A DNA stretch of 64,000 nucleotides from the human T2T-CHM13v2.0 reference genome, Homo sapiens: NCBI RefSeq assembly GCF_009914755.1, contig NC_060931.1; one strand, given 5' to 3'. How positions within the stretch are numbered: the stretch's first letter is position 1; the number at the start of each line of letters is the position of its first letter. This document shows positions 26,321 through 38,684 of this stretch, piece by piece. A program made the position numbers and the translations under genes. The notes under the pieces are model-generated. The model saw only the letters and a program-made list of their open reading frames with translations, ran no database searches and had not been told where the DNA came from.

Positions 26321-29105
26321 CCTAACTCCATGTTTCCACAACGTAGCCAAGGAAGCACAGTATTAAAGATTAATCTGAGAACTCCAAGCCTGTGGATTCA
26401 CTGTCTCCCTGAAACTGGCAGCATGATCTCTTTAATACCTTAAATTTGTTTTCTCCCTTTTCAGTCATCTCTGAAAATGGCTTTTGTTTAACTTTTCTTT
26501 TAGCCAATCAGTGATATCATTCTTTTGAAGGCTGCAATTAGTTGATTGAAGAAACCACCAAACGAAACCATTGACTAATTAAGGAGCAGAAAACTTGGTT
26601 TATGCAATTTTGGTCTACTGATGAATTAACAATAGATGTCATAAAGATTGCCAGTCTAGGTCTCAGGGCTAATTTAGGCATCCTGTAAGTACCACACAAA
26701 AGCCCTAACAGAATGTTTTCTGAGACTGCCAATTTTTCTTTTATTTTCAAAGTGAAGGGTTAATGAGGAGATGGGAGAAAAGCTAATGCGAAAGAATCTT
26801 GTTCATGAGCCTGAGAAGCAGATCATTCAAGGAGACCAAAATGTAGGCATCGGCAGAAGTATCGAAAGTATTTGGTGAGACCCAGAATGAAATTATCACC
26901 AAGATCATCTCTGCATTGTTTAACTTGCATAAGGTCATCTGCAGCTTGGTTAATGTGCAGCCAGCAATGTATACATTGTGTCTTTGGAACAACCCATCTC
27001 TCTGGAATCTGCTTTCTATGTCAAAGATTGTTTGGAGAAGGAGATGAGGCCCATACTAACAGAGTTTGACAATTTTTAAATTTCTGTTCATTAAATACAT
27101 TCACATCTAGGCGCAAGATGCTCTCAATATGTCTTATTTATAAAAAGATGCGAGTAGACTCATCATTTGAGAATAACATATTTTTATTATTTTCTCTTTT
27201 AAAAAAAACACAGATAAAAGAATGTACACACTTTAATGTAAAATATACCAAACCTATAGACCTTGAAGATATTACATATAAGGCTTAATCATGCTTGCGT
27301 GTTAATGAAGCCTTTATTAGGCATACAATTCCCAGAAGTTGCAGGACAGGAGCAGCAGCCTCCTCTCCGGGGGGTGAATCAAGTCCATATGGTGGCCAGA
27401 GAAAAGGACTGATTCCAGGAGAAAGCCAGGGGGTATGACTTATTAACGTGCCCCCTGCTTGTTTTGCTGGGCTAGTGTCAGCATCCTTTTAGATCTCTGG
27501 GCTAGATTAGAATTACCTGAAGCAGGCATCAGACAGGAAAGCGAAGAATCCTCTGGAGAGATTCCAGGAGCTGTTGGCAAAGGCCTACCCTCAGACAGAT
27601 CTTGAGCGATAATGCTTTCGGCTCTCTGTGTTGGTTGGACAGAATCGAATGGCGCATTGCTTTTTCCAGTGTTACAAAAGAGAAGGCTATGTAATAATTT
27701 TTCTAGAAAAAGTAAACAGGGACATAATTTCTCGTTTTCAAAGCTGTTGTGTACGAAGAGGTGAGGGAGTGAAAAGACTAAATATCTCCCCTATTCAGTG
27801 GCTTGATGAAAACCGATGCTCTCTGCTTTGTTTTTTGCCACCTCCCCAAAGCAGGCAGGGCAAGAGTGCAAAGCTTCGTCTTCCTATTTGGTGGGTCTAC
27901 TTTGCATCAAAGGTCTTTTAAAGCTTGTCTGGATTCTAAGGGCAGTTGAGTCTTGTGTATCTGAACATGTAGATCCCTTATTGGAAAACTCTCTCTAGAG
28001 CAACAATGTAATTGAGCTCCATTTCCATTCTCCTGGCTACTGCCTCACATGTGTTAATATCCTACTGAAATTCGCTCTTTTCCATTCTGATCCTTCTAAA
28101 AGCAGGTTAGTGTAAATGTACATGGGAATCATGTATGTGCAGATCTATGTGCACAGACCCATGTTTAATAAATATTTATGTATAGTCCATAATAGAGACT
28201 GCTGCCTAATTGTATGTACCAGCCTTTCTGCAACGGCCAGTTTCATAAGTAGACTACAATGCAGAATTCTATGACAGATCTGAAAAAGAAAGCTGTATCT
28301 CCCTACGTCCAAATGCCTCATTTTAAGTTCAAAAACAGTCGTGATATAAGAAACTTTGAAAGATGATTATCAGCTCTGAAATATGATGTTGCTCTTCCCA
28401 AGTTATACTTGGGCACTGTAAACACAGCCATTAAATGCAATAGAGAGGACTTGCCAAGAAGGGATTAGAAAAGCGAAGATGGGCTTTACCGGGGGAAGGG
28501 TTTTTTGTTTTTGTTTTTAAATCTCTAGTGTATATTGTTACTTGCTAGAACAAAGCAAAACCAACCAACAAGGACAATAGTGAAACCAACACAATCTAAC
28601 CCAAACAACACAAAACAAGAACATGTCAGAGAATGTGAAATAGGTTCTTCCTTATTGGCAGAGACTACAGTTAAGCTCCAAATTATGGACAAGTGGTACT
28701 AAGTTTCTGAAATTCTAAGTTAGAGCTCTGTCAGTAGTTTGGCCAGCCATCTCACCAGAAGGCTGCCAGAGAGTTGGCAAGAGAGAGGGGGCAGTACTGC
28801 CACCCTCCACCCTCACCATCACTTTAAGGGTAGGCTTTGGAGAAAAGGGCAAATTAGGAGAATCCTGAGTTTGTGAAAACACGATGATTTCTCCTGGCAA
28901 CCCTTGCACTGGGAATGGGGCTTGAGTTCCTGCTAGTTCCTCTCTTGCAAGCATGGGAAAAATAGAGTTAAGAATTGCTCAGAAATAAAGTTCCTGCAAG
29001 ACACGGAGACAAGATATTCACCCTGGCTGGAATGTTTAGCCAGTGTACCTCCTGACTTTCCCAGGACTACTACGGCTGTTGGAACTTAAAAGAAATTGAG
29101 AAAAA

Positions 29106-29200
29106 GCCTGTAATCCCAGCTATTGGCTTGAGCTCAGGAGTTTGAAACCAGCTACGGCAGGATACCGAGGCCCTGTCTGAAAGAAAGAGAGAGAGAGAGA
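29106..29200 (+). mobile_element. Truncated, internally deleted Alu left monomer (FLAM-like) with a GA-rich tail
   Basis: GCCTGTAATCCCAGCTA joined directly to GCTTGAGCTCAGGAGTTTGAAACCAGC..CCCTGTCT, then (GA)n. Confidence 0.75.
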
Positions 29201-30076
29201 TAAACAAATACATAAATTGAGGAGAGAGGTCATTTTGATAGACTTTTAGGTACAGAAAAGGCCAGGGTTATAGAAGTGGGATCCTACTGAAATGAGGAGT
29301 AGATGCTAGATGTTTGGGATTCAGGGTACCAGTACCAGGTGTGGTGTGATGCCTCCAGTGGGAGATGCAGTCCAATCACCAGGGGTGACCAGTGCAAAGG
29401 AGTGAGACCTTTATCAACTGGGTTTGTTAGGGCCACTCCCAGGTCTTCTCATATGTCTTCAAGAGAGCAACATATGCCCATTCCTCTTTCCCTCTTTTGC
29501 TTCTCACAATTAGAGAAGTTTGTTCCTATAACAGGCTGAGGGAGAGCCTGGTTCTGTCTACTCTCTGACCACAGACACAGCCTCCATTAAGGAAAGGAGA
29601 AGAAAATAGCATTGAATTCCCAAATTGCATATTGTTCCAATGATTCCTGGTGGCTGGAAAAAACACAGAGTTGGGCCAACCTCTTGTTAAAAGGGTCCTA
29701 AATTGGGGATTTATTGGTGAGATATTGAACAGTACTTAGAAGAAATAAAACTGTTGCAGGTTTGATTCCTCAATATACCTGTTACAGAGACCAGATTTCA
29801 AATCTAGTCTATTCCCTCAAAACATGGAAAACTCTAACACCACCCTGGTACAGAGTGAACAACCCACGTTAATGAGGTGGCACTGGAAGGGGACCATACG
29901 TACTTAGTAGCACTTCCTGCTGATTGGAGTTGAGACTTGAAGAGATGACAGCCCCAAAGAAGGTATTTAATTTCTTAGTTTTCTGTAGAAAATTGAGCCT
30001 CATTTGTATGTCACTTCCAGGGACTGCACACTGGAAATAATAATGAAATTTGGTTGAAATTAAAATGCAAATACCC

Positions 30077-30862
30077 TGTGGACCCAGTTATAATGGGCCT
30101 AGTCATTGGCATATCACAGGTCTCTGCCACTTCAGGACTGAGCACTCATCACCCCAGATGCTAAAAGTATTGTAGATGACAGCTCTCAGTTGAGTCCCTT
30201 TCTGGGACTTGTCCTTTGTTGAAGAGAGCCACTTTATTGGAGGTCATTCCCCTGTCCCATGGACATATTGTATCTAAGGCCCCGGTTTAGGGGCAACTAA
30301 GCCCTGATTCAGGCTCTCAGCTGGGCCATCCAGTTCAGGAGCTACTCATGAGATAGGCAGAGGCCCTGCTGCTGCTGTATCTCTTTTCAACTTCTTCCTC
30401 TAAACCAGGGATCAACAATCTACAGCTCACTGGCCAAATCTGGGTTGCTGCCTATTTTTGCAAGGCTTATGAGCTAAGAATGGTTTTTACATCTCTAAAT
30501 GACTGAAAAAATTCAGAAGGAGAATGATATTTTGTGACATCTAAAAATGATAGGAAATTCAATTTCAGTGTCCATAAGTGAAAGTTTACTGGAACCCAGC
30601 CAAGCTCATTCATCGATGTATTTTCTGTGGCTGCCTTTGTGCTATAACAGCAGCGTTGAATAGTTGCCACAGCAACCATATGACCCACAAAGCCTAAACA
30701 TTTAGTATCAGGTCGGTAATAAAAAAGTTTGCTGACCGCTGCCTTAAAGCAGGCCTGCCTCCTTTGCACCCCACAGGTGGTGATTCTGAGTGTATTTCCT
30801 AATAAGCTTGCACCACGTAAACCTTCAGTGCAGGGCCTGGTTCTGGGGCTCCTGACTGGAGA
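30077..30862 (+). mobile_element. LTR16-family ERVL solo LTR, split by MER58B
   Basis: GACAGCTCTCAG.TGAGTCCCT, GGGCCATCCAG.TCAGGAGCT, TTCAACTTCTTCCTCT; resumes after MER58 with CACAGGTGGTGATTCTGAG..CCTAATAAG. Confidence 0.7.
30406..30741. mobile_element. MER58B hAT-Charlie MITE
   Basis: CAGGGATCAACAA..GGCCAAATCTG, GAGCTAAGAATGGTTTTTACAT, AAAAAGTTTGCTGACCGCTG; degenerate 8-bp TSD. Confidence 0.92.
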
Positions 30863-31059
30863 TGGTACATCATTCTTGGTTATTAAGGTTCTCAGAGAAA
30901 GGATACTGTATTTCATACTCTTGGACACCTCATCCCAAGGAGTACTGAATAGTAATCTAATTTTAGTCAGCTACATGGAACTTACTTAATAATGGTTTAA
31001 AAAGTAATACTTGCTATACAATTATCACATAAAACTGAAATGTATTTAATGTTCTCATT

Positions 31060-31491
31060 TGTATAGTATTATTTTCCCCTCCAGTGAGACATGCTCATTT
31101 TCCTCTAGGGCCTCTCCACTCCTGGATCATATAAACCCACCCCTGACACATTGGGTGAGCACATAACCAGGCTAGCCAATGAGAGCACCACATCCCCACA
31201 CCCTCAAACCACAGGATGCGCACATGACCCTAGGCAGACCAGCAAGAGCCCGGCCCAAAAAGTTCCTGGCACTTTTAGAGAAGGGGTCTCACTAAGCTGA
31301 TGGGATATCAGCTTGAAAATGTGTGGGCCACCATGATGAAGGCCTGCCAAGAGCTGGAGAGATAGAGGTGAGGTCCTAATGGGGTCCTTCCAGCTCTGTT
31401 CTCCGTCATGATTTGTCAACAAATTCCTCGGCTTGCTTCAGCCAGTTTTGGTTGGTTTTTGGCACTTGCAGCTGACAGTCCTCACCAATGC
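31060..31491 (+). mobile_element. Old MLT1 (K/L-like) LTR
   Basis: CACATAACCAGGCTAGCCAATGAGAGCA, CACATGACC, AACAAATTCC..GCTT.AGCCAGTTT.GGTTGG..CACTTGCAGC. Confidence 0.65.
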
Positions 31492-31519
31492 AGAGATTTG
31501 CTTCTGTCCCCAGGGTTTT

Positions 31520-31665
31520 CACACATGGGGCTCCTTGATCCTTACAACACTCTGACATAAGAATCTTCACACTTGAGGACACCAAGGCTCAGGGAGAAGT
31601 AACCTGCCAGCAGATGATGAATCTGAAATGTGAATGCCTGTCATTTCACTCTAAATCCCTGTTCT
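31520..31665 (-). mobile_element. MIR fragment
   Basis: TTGATCCTTACAACACTCTG..TGAGGACACCAAGGCTCAG..AAGTAACCTGCC. Confidence 0.6.
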
Positions 31666-32828
31666 TTCTCAGAGATGATGTACATGATCATTTCTCAACT
31701 GCATATATAAAGCAACAGAGAAAATGTTCTCTGCAATTTACAATCAAAGAGAAAGAACGTGCCCTTTATATTGTGGTATAGTGTGGACTTATTTAATTTT
31801 CATCAGTGGAAATGTAAAACTTATTTCAAGAAAAATATTCAAAAGATTTTAAAGACATCAGAGGACGCTTCAATAAAAGAACAGTTACAAGATTTCATAC
31901 TAATTGAGTTAGAAATATGCAAATTTAATATTCTTTAAAATCCCCAACGTCTTGAAGTTTAAAACAGAGAATCAGTGGCATGTAGAAAGCATCATGTTGT
32001 TCTGCTTTGTTTTAGAAGTCTCACTGTTCATGCTGCCACCACTGGCCTGGGGTTCCCTTCATATAGCAATAACAAATCCACCTACCATAAAGACTTCATT
32101 ATTTTTAAAATTAAAATAGAGGTATTGTTTTTTCTGATTACATAAATAATGCATACTGATTTTAAAATAAGAAAGAGAACAGAAGATTAAAGAAGGAAAT
32201 AAACATTGTTCAACATCCTTGCCACTGAATGCAAACCACTGTTTCTATTTAGATGACACTTTTCAGCCATTGAAGCTTCTCACTCCCTATTTCCTCTTCA
32301 CACAGGCTATTTTTCCTACATTTCCTTCCCACCCTTTTTAATAATTCATGCTAGGGGAGGAGTGTCTGGAGGGCATTGGGTGAGGGTGAAAGTGAAGTAA
32401 GACTGGTGTGCTTTGGCAATGGGGAGCTGGAGGATGGATGGACAGAACATGAGAGTTTGTTACATATTCTCCACTTTTAAACATGCTCGAAAATTTCTTT
32501 AACACAAAAATTTAAAAGTATTCTGTAGTTAACATTCTTAACATATGCATACTAAATTACAATAAACAAAACATTAAAATATCACCAAAAAAAGGCAAAT
32601 TATACTTATTTTTATTTTATTTATTAAATAAAACAGAAAACCACTGATGAGGCGGAAGCCCTTTCAGGATCTTACTGGAGTTAACACGCATGCCCTGCCT
32701 TCTGGGTGCAGGCTTCTGAGTCTTCAGAGTACAGAGGGAGCAGTCTGCTCATTCTCTTCTCCTTCCTTTCCCTCTGCATTTCTCCATCTTCTGGTATTGG
32801 GACAGGGAGGAGAGTAGGGAAAAAGGTG

Positions 32829-33075
32829 TCGCCTCCCCTCTTGGGTGCTTCTGCTTCCGAGTGTGCTTGCGTCTCTGTGCGCCCTGAGAGGTGTGTGCTG
32901 CGTTCCTGGTGGCAGGTACCGAAGGCGGCGCCGGGGCACGAGTATCGGTTGCTTAACCCCACAGTACCCCAGGACCCATGTGCATGTAGGCTCAGGCTTC
33001 CAGTGCCATCCCGCCCTCCGCCCCCTCTCTCTTTTCTCTCCTTCCCGGCTTCAAACAGGAACCACGGGCGGAGCA
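32829..33075. promoter_or_regulatory. Small CpG-rich, promoter-like island with GC boxes
   Basis: About 16 CpGs in about 245 bp counted by eye, the densest non-Alu CpG cluster in the window. GC boxes CCGCCCTCCGCCCC (33011-33024) and GGGCGG (33066-33071). Not recognisable as a repeat. Confidence 0.6.
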
Positions 33076-33079
33076 GCAC

Positions 33080-33141
33080 AATAAATAAAATTAAATAAAT
33101 CAAACAAATTAAATAAATAAAATTAAACAAATTAAATTAAA
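33080..33141. repeat. A-rich low-complexity tract (AATAA/AATTA/AACAA units)
   Basis: ATAAATAAAATTAAATAAATCAAACAAATTAAATAAATAAAATTAAACAAATTAAATTAA. Confidence 0.9.
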
Positions 33142-33949
33142 GAAGCACAGTGGAGGATGAGCCTGCCTAGATCGAGGTACCCATCCGCTTTCCCTCCTTA
33201 CAACGCTGTTATTGGTTTGTTTTGATTACTGTTTTGTTTTGTGGTGGGGAGCCATCCTGAACCTCTTCCTGAGAAGTGGGAAAGTTGCACCGCCCTCCAC
33301 AAGGCTGACTCTGAGTTAGGACTGGGAGGGAGCATTCCCATTTCTTATGGGTTTACCATTTATTTGGCCCCCCGGGTGCCCTGAGGTGGGAGTACTACCT
33401 CTGGAGAGCCAGGGCCGCATGAGCGCCTCTATTCCTCACTGGATCTCAGGGACTGGGAGACTCTTTCCCACGGCTTTTGTACCTGGTTGCCAATTCTGCC
33501 TCCACAGGAAGTTGTCGCTCAGCCTCTTCTTCCACTGGCCCTGAGCGTACTTGGCAAAGTCCAATTGCCCGGAGGTAAGTTCCTCCCCAGAGTTCCTGTC
33601 TTCAAGCATCACCTCTTGCTGCTCTCACCATCTGTTTCTCCAAGTCTGTGTTCTGTTTCCATACATAATGGGAGATGGAGGAGGAAAGGAGCCGCAGAGA
33701 AAACAGCGGCAAAACTACCCTTTGTTCTTCCTTGGTAAAAGGATGAACTAATCCATACTCAAATGATAATGGTTGCGATTTATCATGTCTTCCTACCAGT
33801 ATTCTGCAGATTGCCCCGGAGGATTGCCACCTCAGGGCATGGAAAAGCTCCTTAGAACTGAGCGTGAGAACTGGGTCTGTTCACATGAAAGGAGCAGAAA
33901 GACGCTGAGGGTTGCTGCGTAGTGACTAACCAAGCATTCAGGAGTCCAA

Positions 33950-34130
33950 ATGCTGTTTGAGTCCTGCAGTAGTAGTGTCTGCTAAGTAGCAAATACTTCC
34001 ATAAACCTCAGTTTCCTTTTCTGTGAAAGAAACGAGTACCCTTCTCCCAGGGTTGCTGTGGGGGATTAATTGAAACGATGCATGAAAAAGAGCTTTGGAA
34101 ACTGTAATGCACTTATGCAGATAGCAATTA
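33950..34130 (+). mobile_element. MIR SINE
   Basis: CCTCAGTTTCCTTTTCTGTGAAA..CCCAGGGTTGCTGTGGGGATTAATTGA..GCTTTGGAAACTGTAA. Confidence 0.85.
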
Positions 34131-34904
34131 TAAAAGCCCCTCAGGGCCCTGAGATGGTAAGATATTATTACCATGGAGCTGGTTTTGCTTAGTTAAATCA
34201 AGAGAAGTTTTGAAAGTTAGTAAGATATGAGATTTATAGGCTACCTTTTGTGGCCTTGATCCATTTTATACTTCTTCTAACTCAGCACTTTGGGGACTTC
34301 AAAGAGGAATCTACTCACAGAAAAAGTGCACGGACCGGAAAGAAGAGTCAGGAAGCTCGTGACCGGTTACCTCCTCCACATGGCAAGCTTCCCCTCCCTG
34401 CACAGGGATGTGGTGAGCTGGCCTCTCTCTTATTACTATCCTAAGGGCAGGCCAGGACTCTTCCTGGGGAAGCATCAGGAAGCTGAATTCCACTTGGGCT
34501 TGCTTGTAACAAACCAAAGGCAGACTTTCTTCTCTTAGCTGGTTGGGGCACCCAGGCCCTTGGACTCACTGTTTATTGTCACCTGGCACCAGGGTTTTAG
34601 ATAGGGCTGTAATCTCTCCTCACTCCTTTTAGTCTGAGAGCCATGGATTGCACTGCAGGTCCTTCATTGCCATTGTAGCATAACATACGCACTTGTGAGG
34701 AAGGACTTAAACACAGTGTCTCTCCTCTTTATATTTTGTGTAGCTATAACGTAACTACTTCAGAAGTGGGCAATAGTAAGCTTTGGACAAAATCAACTAC
34801 TTGGCTTGAATCTTAAGGTAATATTGTGTTTGTCACTGACTGAACAGTTGAGGGGATAATATTCTCCCAGTGATATGCAATAATCATGCCTTTCAGAGTA
34901 GATG

Positions 34905-35290
34905 TTCATTGGCTCCACAAATTCCTCATGAACTCCTACCATGTGGCCACCTTGGTGTGAATGCTGAGAATATGACTGTGACTAAGACCAATGGAGTCTT
35001 AGCCACAGATTACTGGGAGAAGACAGACATTAAATAATTATACAAATGCATAATTAATTACAAGCGTAACATGTGCTATAATTAGGGATGTCAGGTAAGA
35101 TACCAGACAGTTAAATCTGAATTTCAGATAAATATATGAAACTTACTTATACTAACAGAGTATATACTGTTTGTCTGAAATTCAAATGCCACTCTATATT
35201 TTTAGTTGCTGAGTGTGACAATCCCAGCAGCTATGAAGGGGTGCAGGATGCTGTAGGAACATATTTACAGTAAGTCTTAAGCTTGTCTGA
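34905..35290 (-). mobile_element. L2 3' fragment, interrupted by MER53
   Basis: CTCCTACCATGTG..TGCTGAGAATA..AAGAC and GGGAGAAGACAGACATTAAA..AATTATACAAAT. Confidence 0.55.
35083..35226. mobile_element. MER53-like palindromic hAT MITE
   Basis: TAGGGATGTCA...TGACAATCCCA termini; internal CAGTTAAATCTGAATTTCAGATAAA / TTTGTCTGAAATTCAAAT. Confidence 0.8.
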
Positions 35291-36046
35291 AGGTAACAGT
35301 GAAATGGACAACTCAGGGGCTAAGAGTAGAAGAAGCTGACAAGCCATTATCAGTTAACTATAATTTAGTATTTTTAAGAGGGAAGTAACCTTCATACACA
35401 GCTAAAGAGAAAACATTGACAAGATATGGACAAAGTTTGTCCAGCAAGCACTCGTAGGTAGGAAGCTGATTTCTAAAATTTAATATTGCCATACAGGGTG
35501 ATTTATAGATTGCACCATGGAAAGGTTTTATGGGAAATTTCCATGCTGAGCTCCAGAGCTCAGGGCAGGTGTAGGACTATGTTCCAAGAAAGTCCGGAAA
35601 TGCTCACCCTAACCAATTACTGCAAATCCTCTGCTCACAAAGGAGTCCTTGAGAAAGAAAGGAAGGCAGGTGGACACATACCATTTTCTCCAGGCAAGAC
35701 CAATAGCCAAAAAAAAAATAAGAACGAAAAACCCTGCAGCCTTAGCTTCCATGGAAGAATGCCTGTTTCACAGTGCATTTACTTTTCGGTCTGGAGCCTC
35801 CAGGGCTGGCGTGCCTGAGTGCAAAGCCCCTTGGAGGCGGGTCTGAGGAAGAACCCTCTGCAGTGTAGGGGAGGGTAACAGCAGAGCTCTACTGGGGGTT
35901 CGTGCGTGGGCCCAGGCCCATTCTCCATCCTGCCTCCAAGGCCTGGAGCACACCCTCTTGGGCCTTTTCCTTTCCTTCCTGCCTTCTCCTTCACTGAGCT
36001 CCCTCCATCTCCGCAGGTCCCGATCTCCTTTTGTATTTGTCTCTTA

Positions 36047-36427
36047 TGTTAAAAGAAAAACCTTAGACTAGTTAAATGTAACAGAATGTAATTGAGCAAA
36101 GAACGATTTGCTAATCGGGCAGCACTCAAACATGAATAAGTTCAGAGAGACTCCAGCACAGCTGTGTGGTCCGAAAACATTTATGGACAGAACAAGGAAA
36201 GTGACCTACAGAAAACAGAAATGGGTTATAGCAACAGCTGGTTTTTGCCTTATTTGAACACAGTTTGAATAGTTGGTTATCTTTGATTGGCCAAAACTCA
36301 AGGCACAAAAGTAGGTTACAGTCTGTTGACACATCCAGTTAGGTTGCAGTTGACTGTGTACTGAGAAACCTTTAGGCTGAACTTAAAATATGTGAAGAGG
36401 CAGATTTAAGCTAAACTTAATTTAACA
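36047..36427 (-). mobile_element. MER57 (MER57B-like) ERV1 solo LTR
   Basis: TGTTAAAAGAAAAACCTTAGAC start and GAGGCAG..TAAACTTAATTTAACA end (reverse complement of the MER57 start TGTTAAATTAAGTTTAG). Confidence 0.88.
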
Positions 36428-36956
36428 CCCGCTTTTTCCCTTCTCTTTCCCCTTCTGTTTGCTGGTCAACCTATGAGATTCAGCTATTTAACACAATATC
36501 TGCTTATTGTTTGAGGGCAGCAGCATTGCCCATTCTTAACCTTAAAAAAAAAAAAAAAAAAAGAACTGTTCTATCAAGAAAACCTAAAAATGAAATTAAG
36601 GTGTGGCCCTTAATTATTAGCTATGGTTTAATTCTTTCTCTGTAAGTGGTCCTCCCTAGAAAAACATTCCTTTTTTTTCCTATTGTAGATAAGGCCTAAG
36701 ACCTAATACAGAGTTCAAATCACAGGCATGGAAAAAAGTCATTCAGAATATATCACACAAGTTTAACTTTGACTTTTGTCTCCACCCAAACATTTATTAC
36801 TCTTTAAAATTCTTAATTATAATGTGATGCAACTGGTTAGGAAAGAGCTGTATTCACGCAGTATTGATATGCAGTGCTACATTTCTTTAACAATACCCAA
36901 AAAACCTATGTTAAATTGGATTTCTATAAAAATCAGAAAGGGAGGGGTGGACAATA

Positions 36957-37287
36957 CAGTCATCCCTCACTACCTGTGGGAGATTGGTTCCAGGATCTCC
37001 AAGATTCTCACATGCTCAAGTCTCTGATATAAATGGCATAATATTTGCATGTAACCTACCCATATCCTCCAGTATACTTTTAATCATCTCTAGATTACTT
37101 ACAGCACCAAATACAATGCAAATGCTGTGTAAACCGTGGTTATACTGTGTTGTTTAGGGAATAATGACAAGAAAAATAGTCTGTACATGTTCAGCACAGC
37201 AGCCATGCATTTTTTTCCAAATATTTTCCATCCCTGGTTGGTTGAATCTGTGGGTGCAGAACCCGTAGATACGGAGGATCTATTCTG
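36957..37287. mobile_element. MER2 TcMar-Tigger MITE
   Basis: TA|CAGTCATCCCTC..GATTGGTTCCAGGA, ATCATCTCTAGATTACTTA, GTTTAGGGAATAATGACAAGAAAA, GGTTGGTTGAATC..GCAGAACCCGTAGATACGGAGG. Confidence 0.93.
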
Positions 37288-37918
37288 TGGAATGAACCAT
37301 GTGCGGTGAGTGGAAATAAGGAATCATTCTCACTAAGTACAAATTAAATCATTGGCCAATTGGGGCTTAAGAAATATCTCTGCCCTCTCTGCACTCTTTC
37401 CTTCTGTCATCTGCCCCAGTGTCAACTGATAATCCCTTTTCACTTTTCACATCTGACTATGTCCCATATCATTCCTTTCAAGGAAGCAATCCATTCCTTG
37501 TAGCATGGTGTTCTGGCCCCAATTTTTTTTTTTCCCTATAGGATGATTGCTCTTTCTGCCTCTGGACCTGTTTATTTTCCAAGCCTGGCTCTTCAGCCTT
37601 TTGTCAATTCTAAAAACCAAATATGCTTCCAATGAGCCCCGTATGACTTTATAAGGTAAACAGGGCCTATTTCTGTTGCTTGCAATAAGAAAGACTGATT
37701 CACTTGCTTAAAGCGAAGTCTATTTTCTTCTTCTGAATGTCTTCAAAAGTGATAAATTTAGATTAAGCCTCTGCAGTATTTTCTGCATATTATATTTAAT
37801 GGTTCATTTCATTTTTTATTTAATTATACAAATAATGCACAACTGAGTTCACATTATTAAATGATCAGAGGTAAGAAGAGTTCCTCTTCAGTGACACTCT
37901 GTTGATGTTAGGTCTCCT

Positions 37919-38107
37919 CCAGTGTGCTGGAACCAGCTCCTACCAGCTCCTCAGAATTGCTGTTGAATTTTCAGGGATTTCTGTGAGCTGGTTGTGAAAT
38001 ACAGCCATTATGGGTGGGAACCACAGTGTAAGTATTTACACCACAGAAATTGGCAAATGCTACAAATCCATCTTTGTTTTTCTTCTCTTGAAAGCTGTGC
38101 AGACCAT
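37919..38107. mobile_element. MER63-like hAT-Blackjack element
   Basis: GTGTGCTGGAACCAGCTCCTACCAGCTC..TTGAATTTTCAGG..GAGCTGGTTG and TTTACACCACAGAAATTGGCAAATGCTACAAATC. Confidence 0.8.
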
Positions 38108-38221
38108 TATGCTGTGCATGTTGTTTTCCAATTTCTTTTTCTCACATAACCTAAATGTACTGTAAAACTTACCCTGTTGACATACACAACACTTCCAATT
38201 CATCCCTGTCACCTAGAACAA

Positions 38222-38684
38222 CAGTGCTTATTGTGGCCTGAGACCCCCATGGGAATTGCTGAGCATCTCAGACTGCCTGCGAGGTCCTTGCTTTTCCAGT
38301 GATATGTCTGTGCAGGGCAGCATTTTCTTCATATACTTTAACTAAAACAATATACCACAGCGGATTGATGCAGAAGCAGATATGAGAATCCAGTTTTCTT
38401 CTATCAAATCATACCTAGAGACAACACAAATGTAAAACAACATCAATCTTCCCTCTAAAGTTCATTTGTATAGTTATTTTTCATGTTATTTATGTTAAAT
38501 TGAAACAGATTTATTATTGTTATTTGTAAATCAATTAGTAAATAAATATTTAATGTTTTTTAGTTTTAATTGTAACACAAAAAATATTGATAGTGTAACC
38601 CACATAAATAAAAAGTCTTTGCGGGCCTCAATAATTTTTAAGAGCATAAAGGGCTCTTGAGATTAAAAAGTTTGAAAACTGCTG
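38222..38684 (+). mobile_element. Short Charlie1-family deletion derivative
   Basis: ATGCAGAAGCAGATATGAGAATCCAG and the 3' end AAAAAGTTTGAAAACTGCTG match 23821-24134. Confidence 0.85.

Noticed and set aside
26771-27047. Coding-looking stretch (ETQNEIITKIIS.., loosely like a hAT motif)
   Set aside because: Stops flank it closely, there are no other transposase motifs, and no convincing splice sites.
32610-33095. 16-bp inverted repeats bracketing the CpG block, suggesting a MITE
   Set aside because: The arms are low-complexity A/T sequence and there is no TSD; chance is a sufficient explanation.
32681-33130. Overlapping 130-149 aa ORFs at the CpG-rich island
   Set aside because: Long ORFs are expected in GC-rich, stop-poor DNA. 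They use non-ATG starts or low-complexity N-termini and show no recognisable homology.
36544-36561. Isolated poly(A) as the tail of a processed pseudogene
   Set aside because: No upstream mRNA-like sequence, polyadenylation signal or TSD was found.
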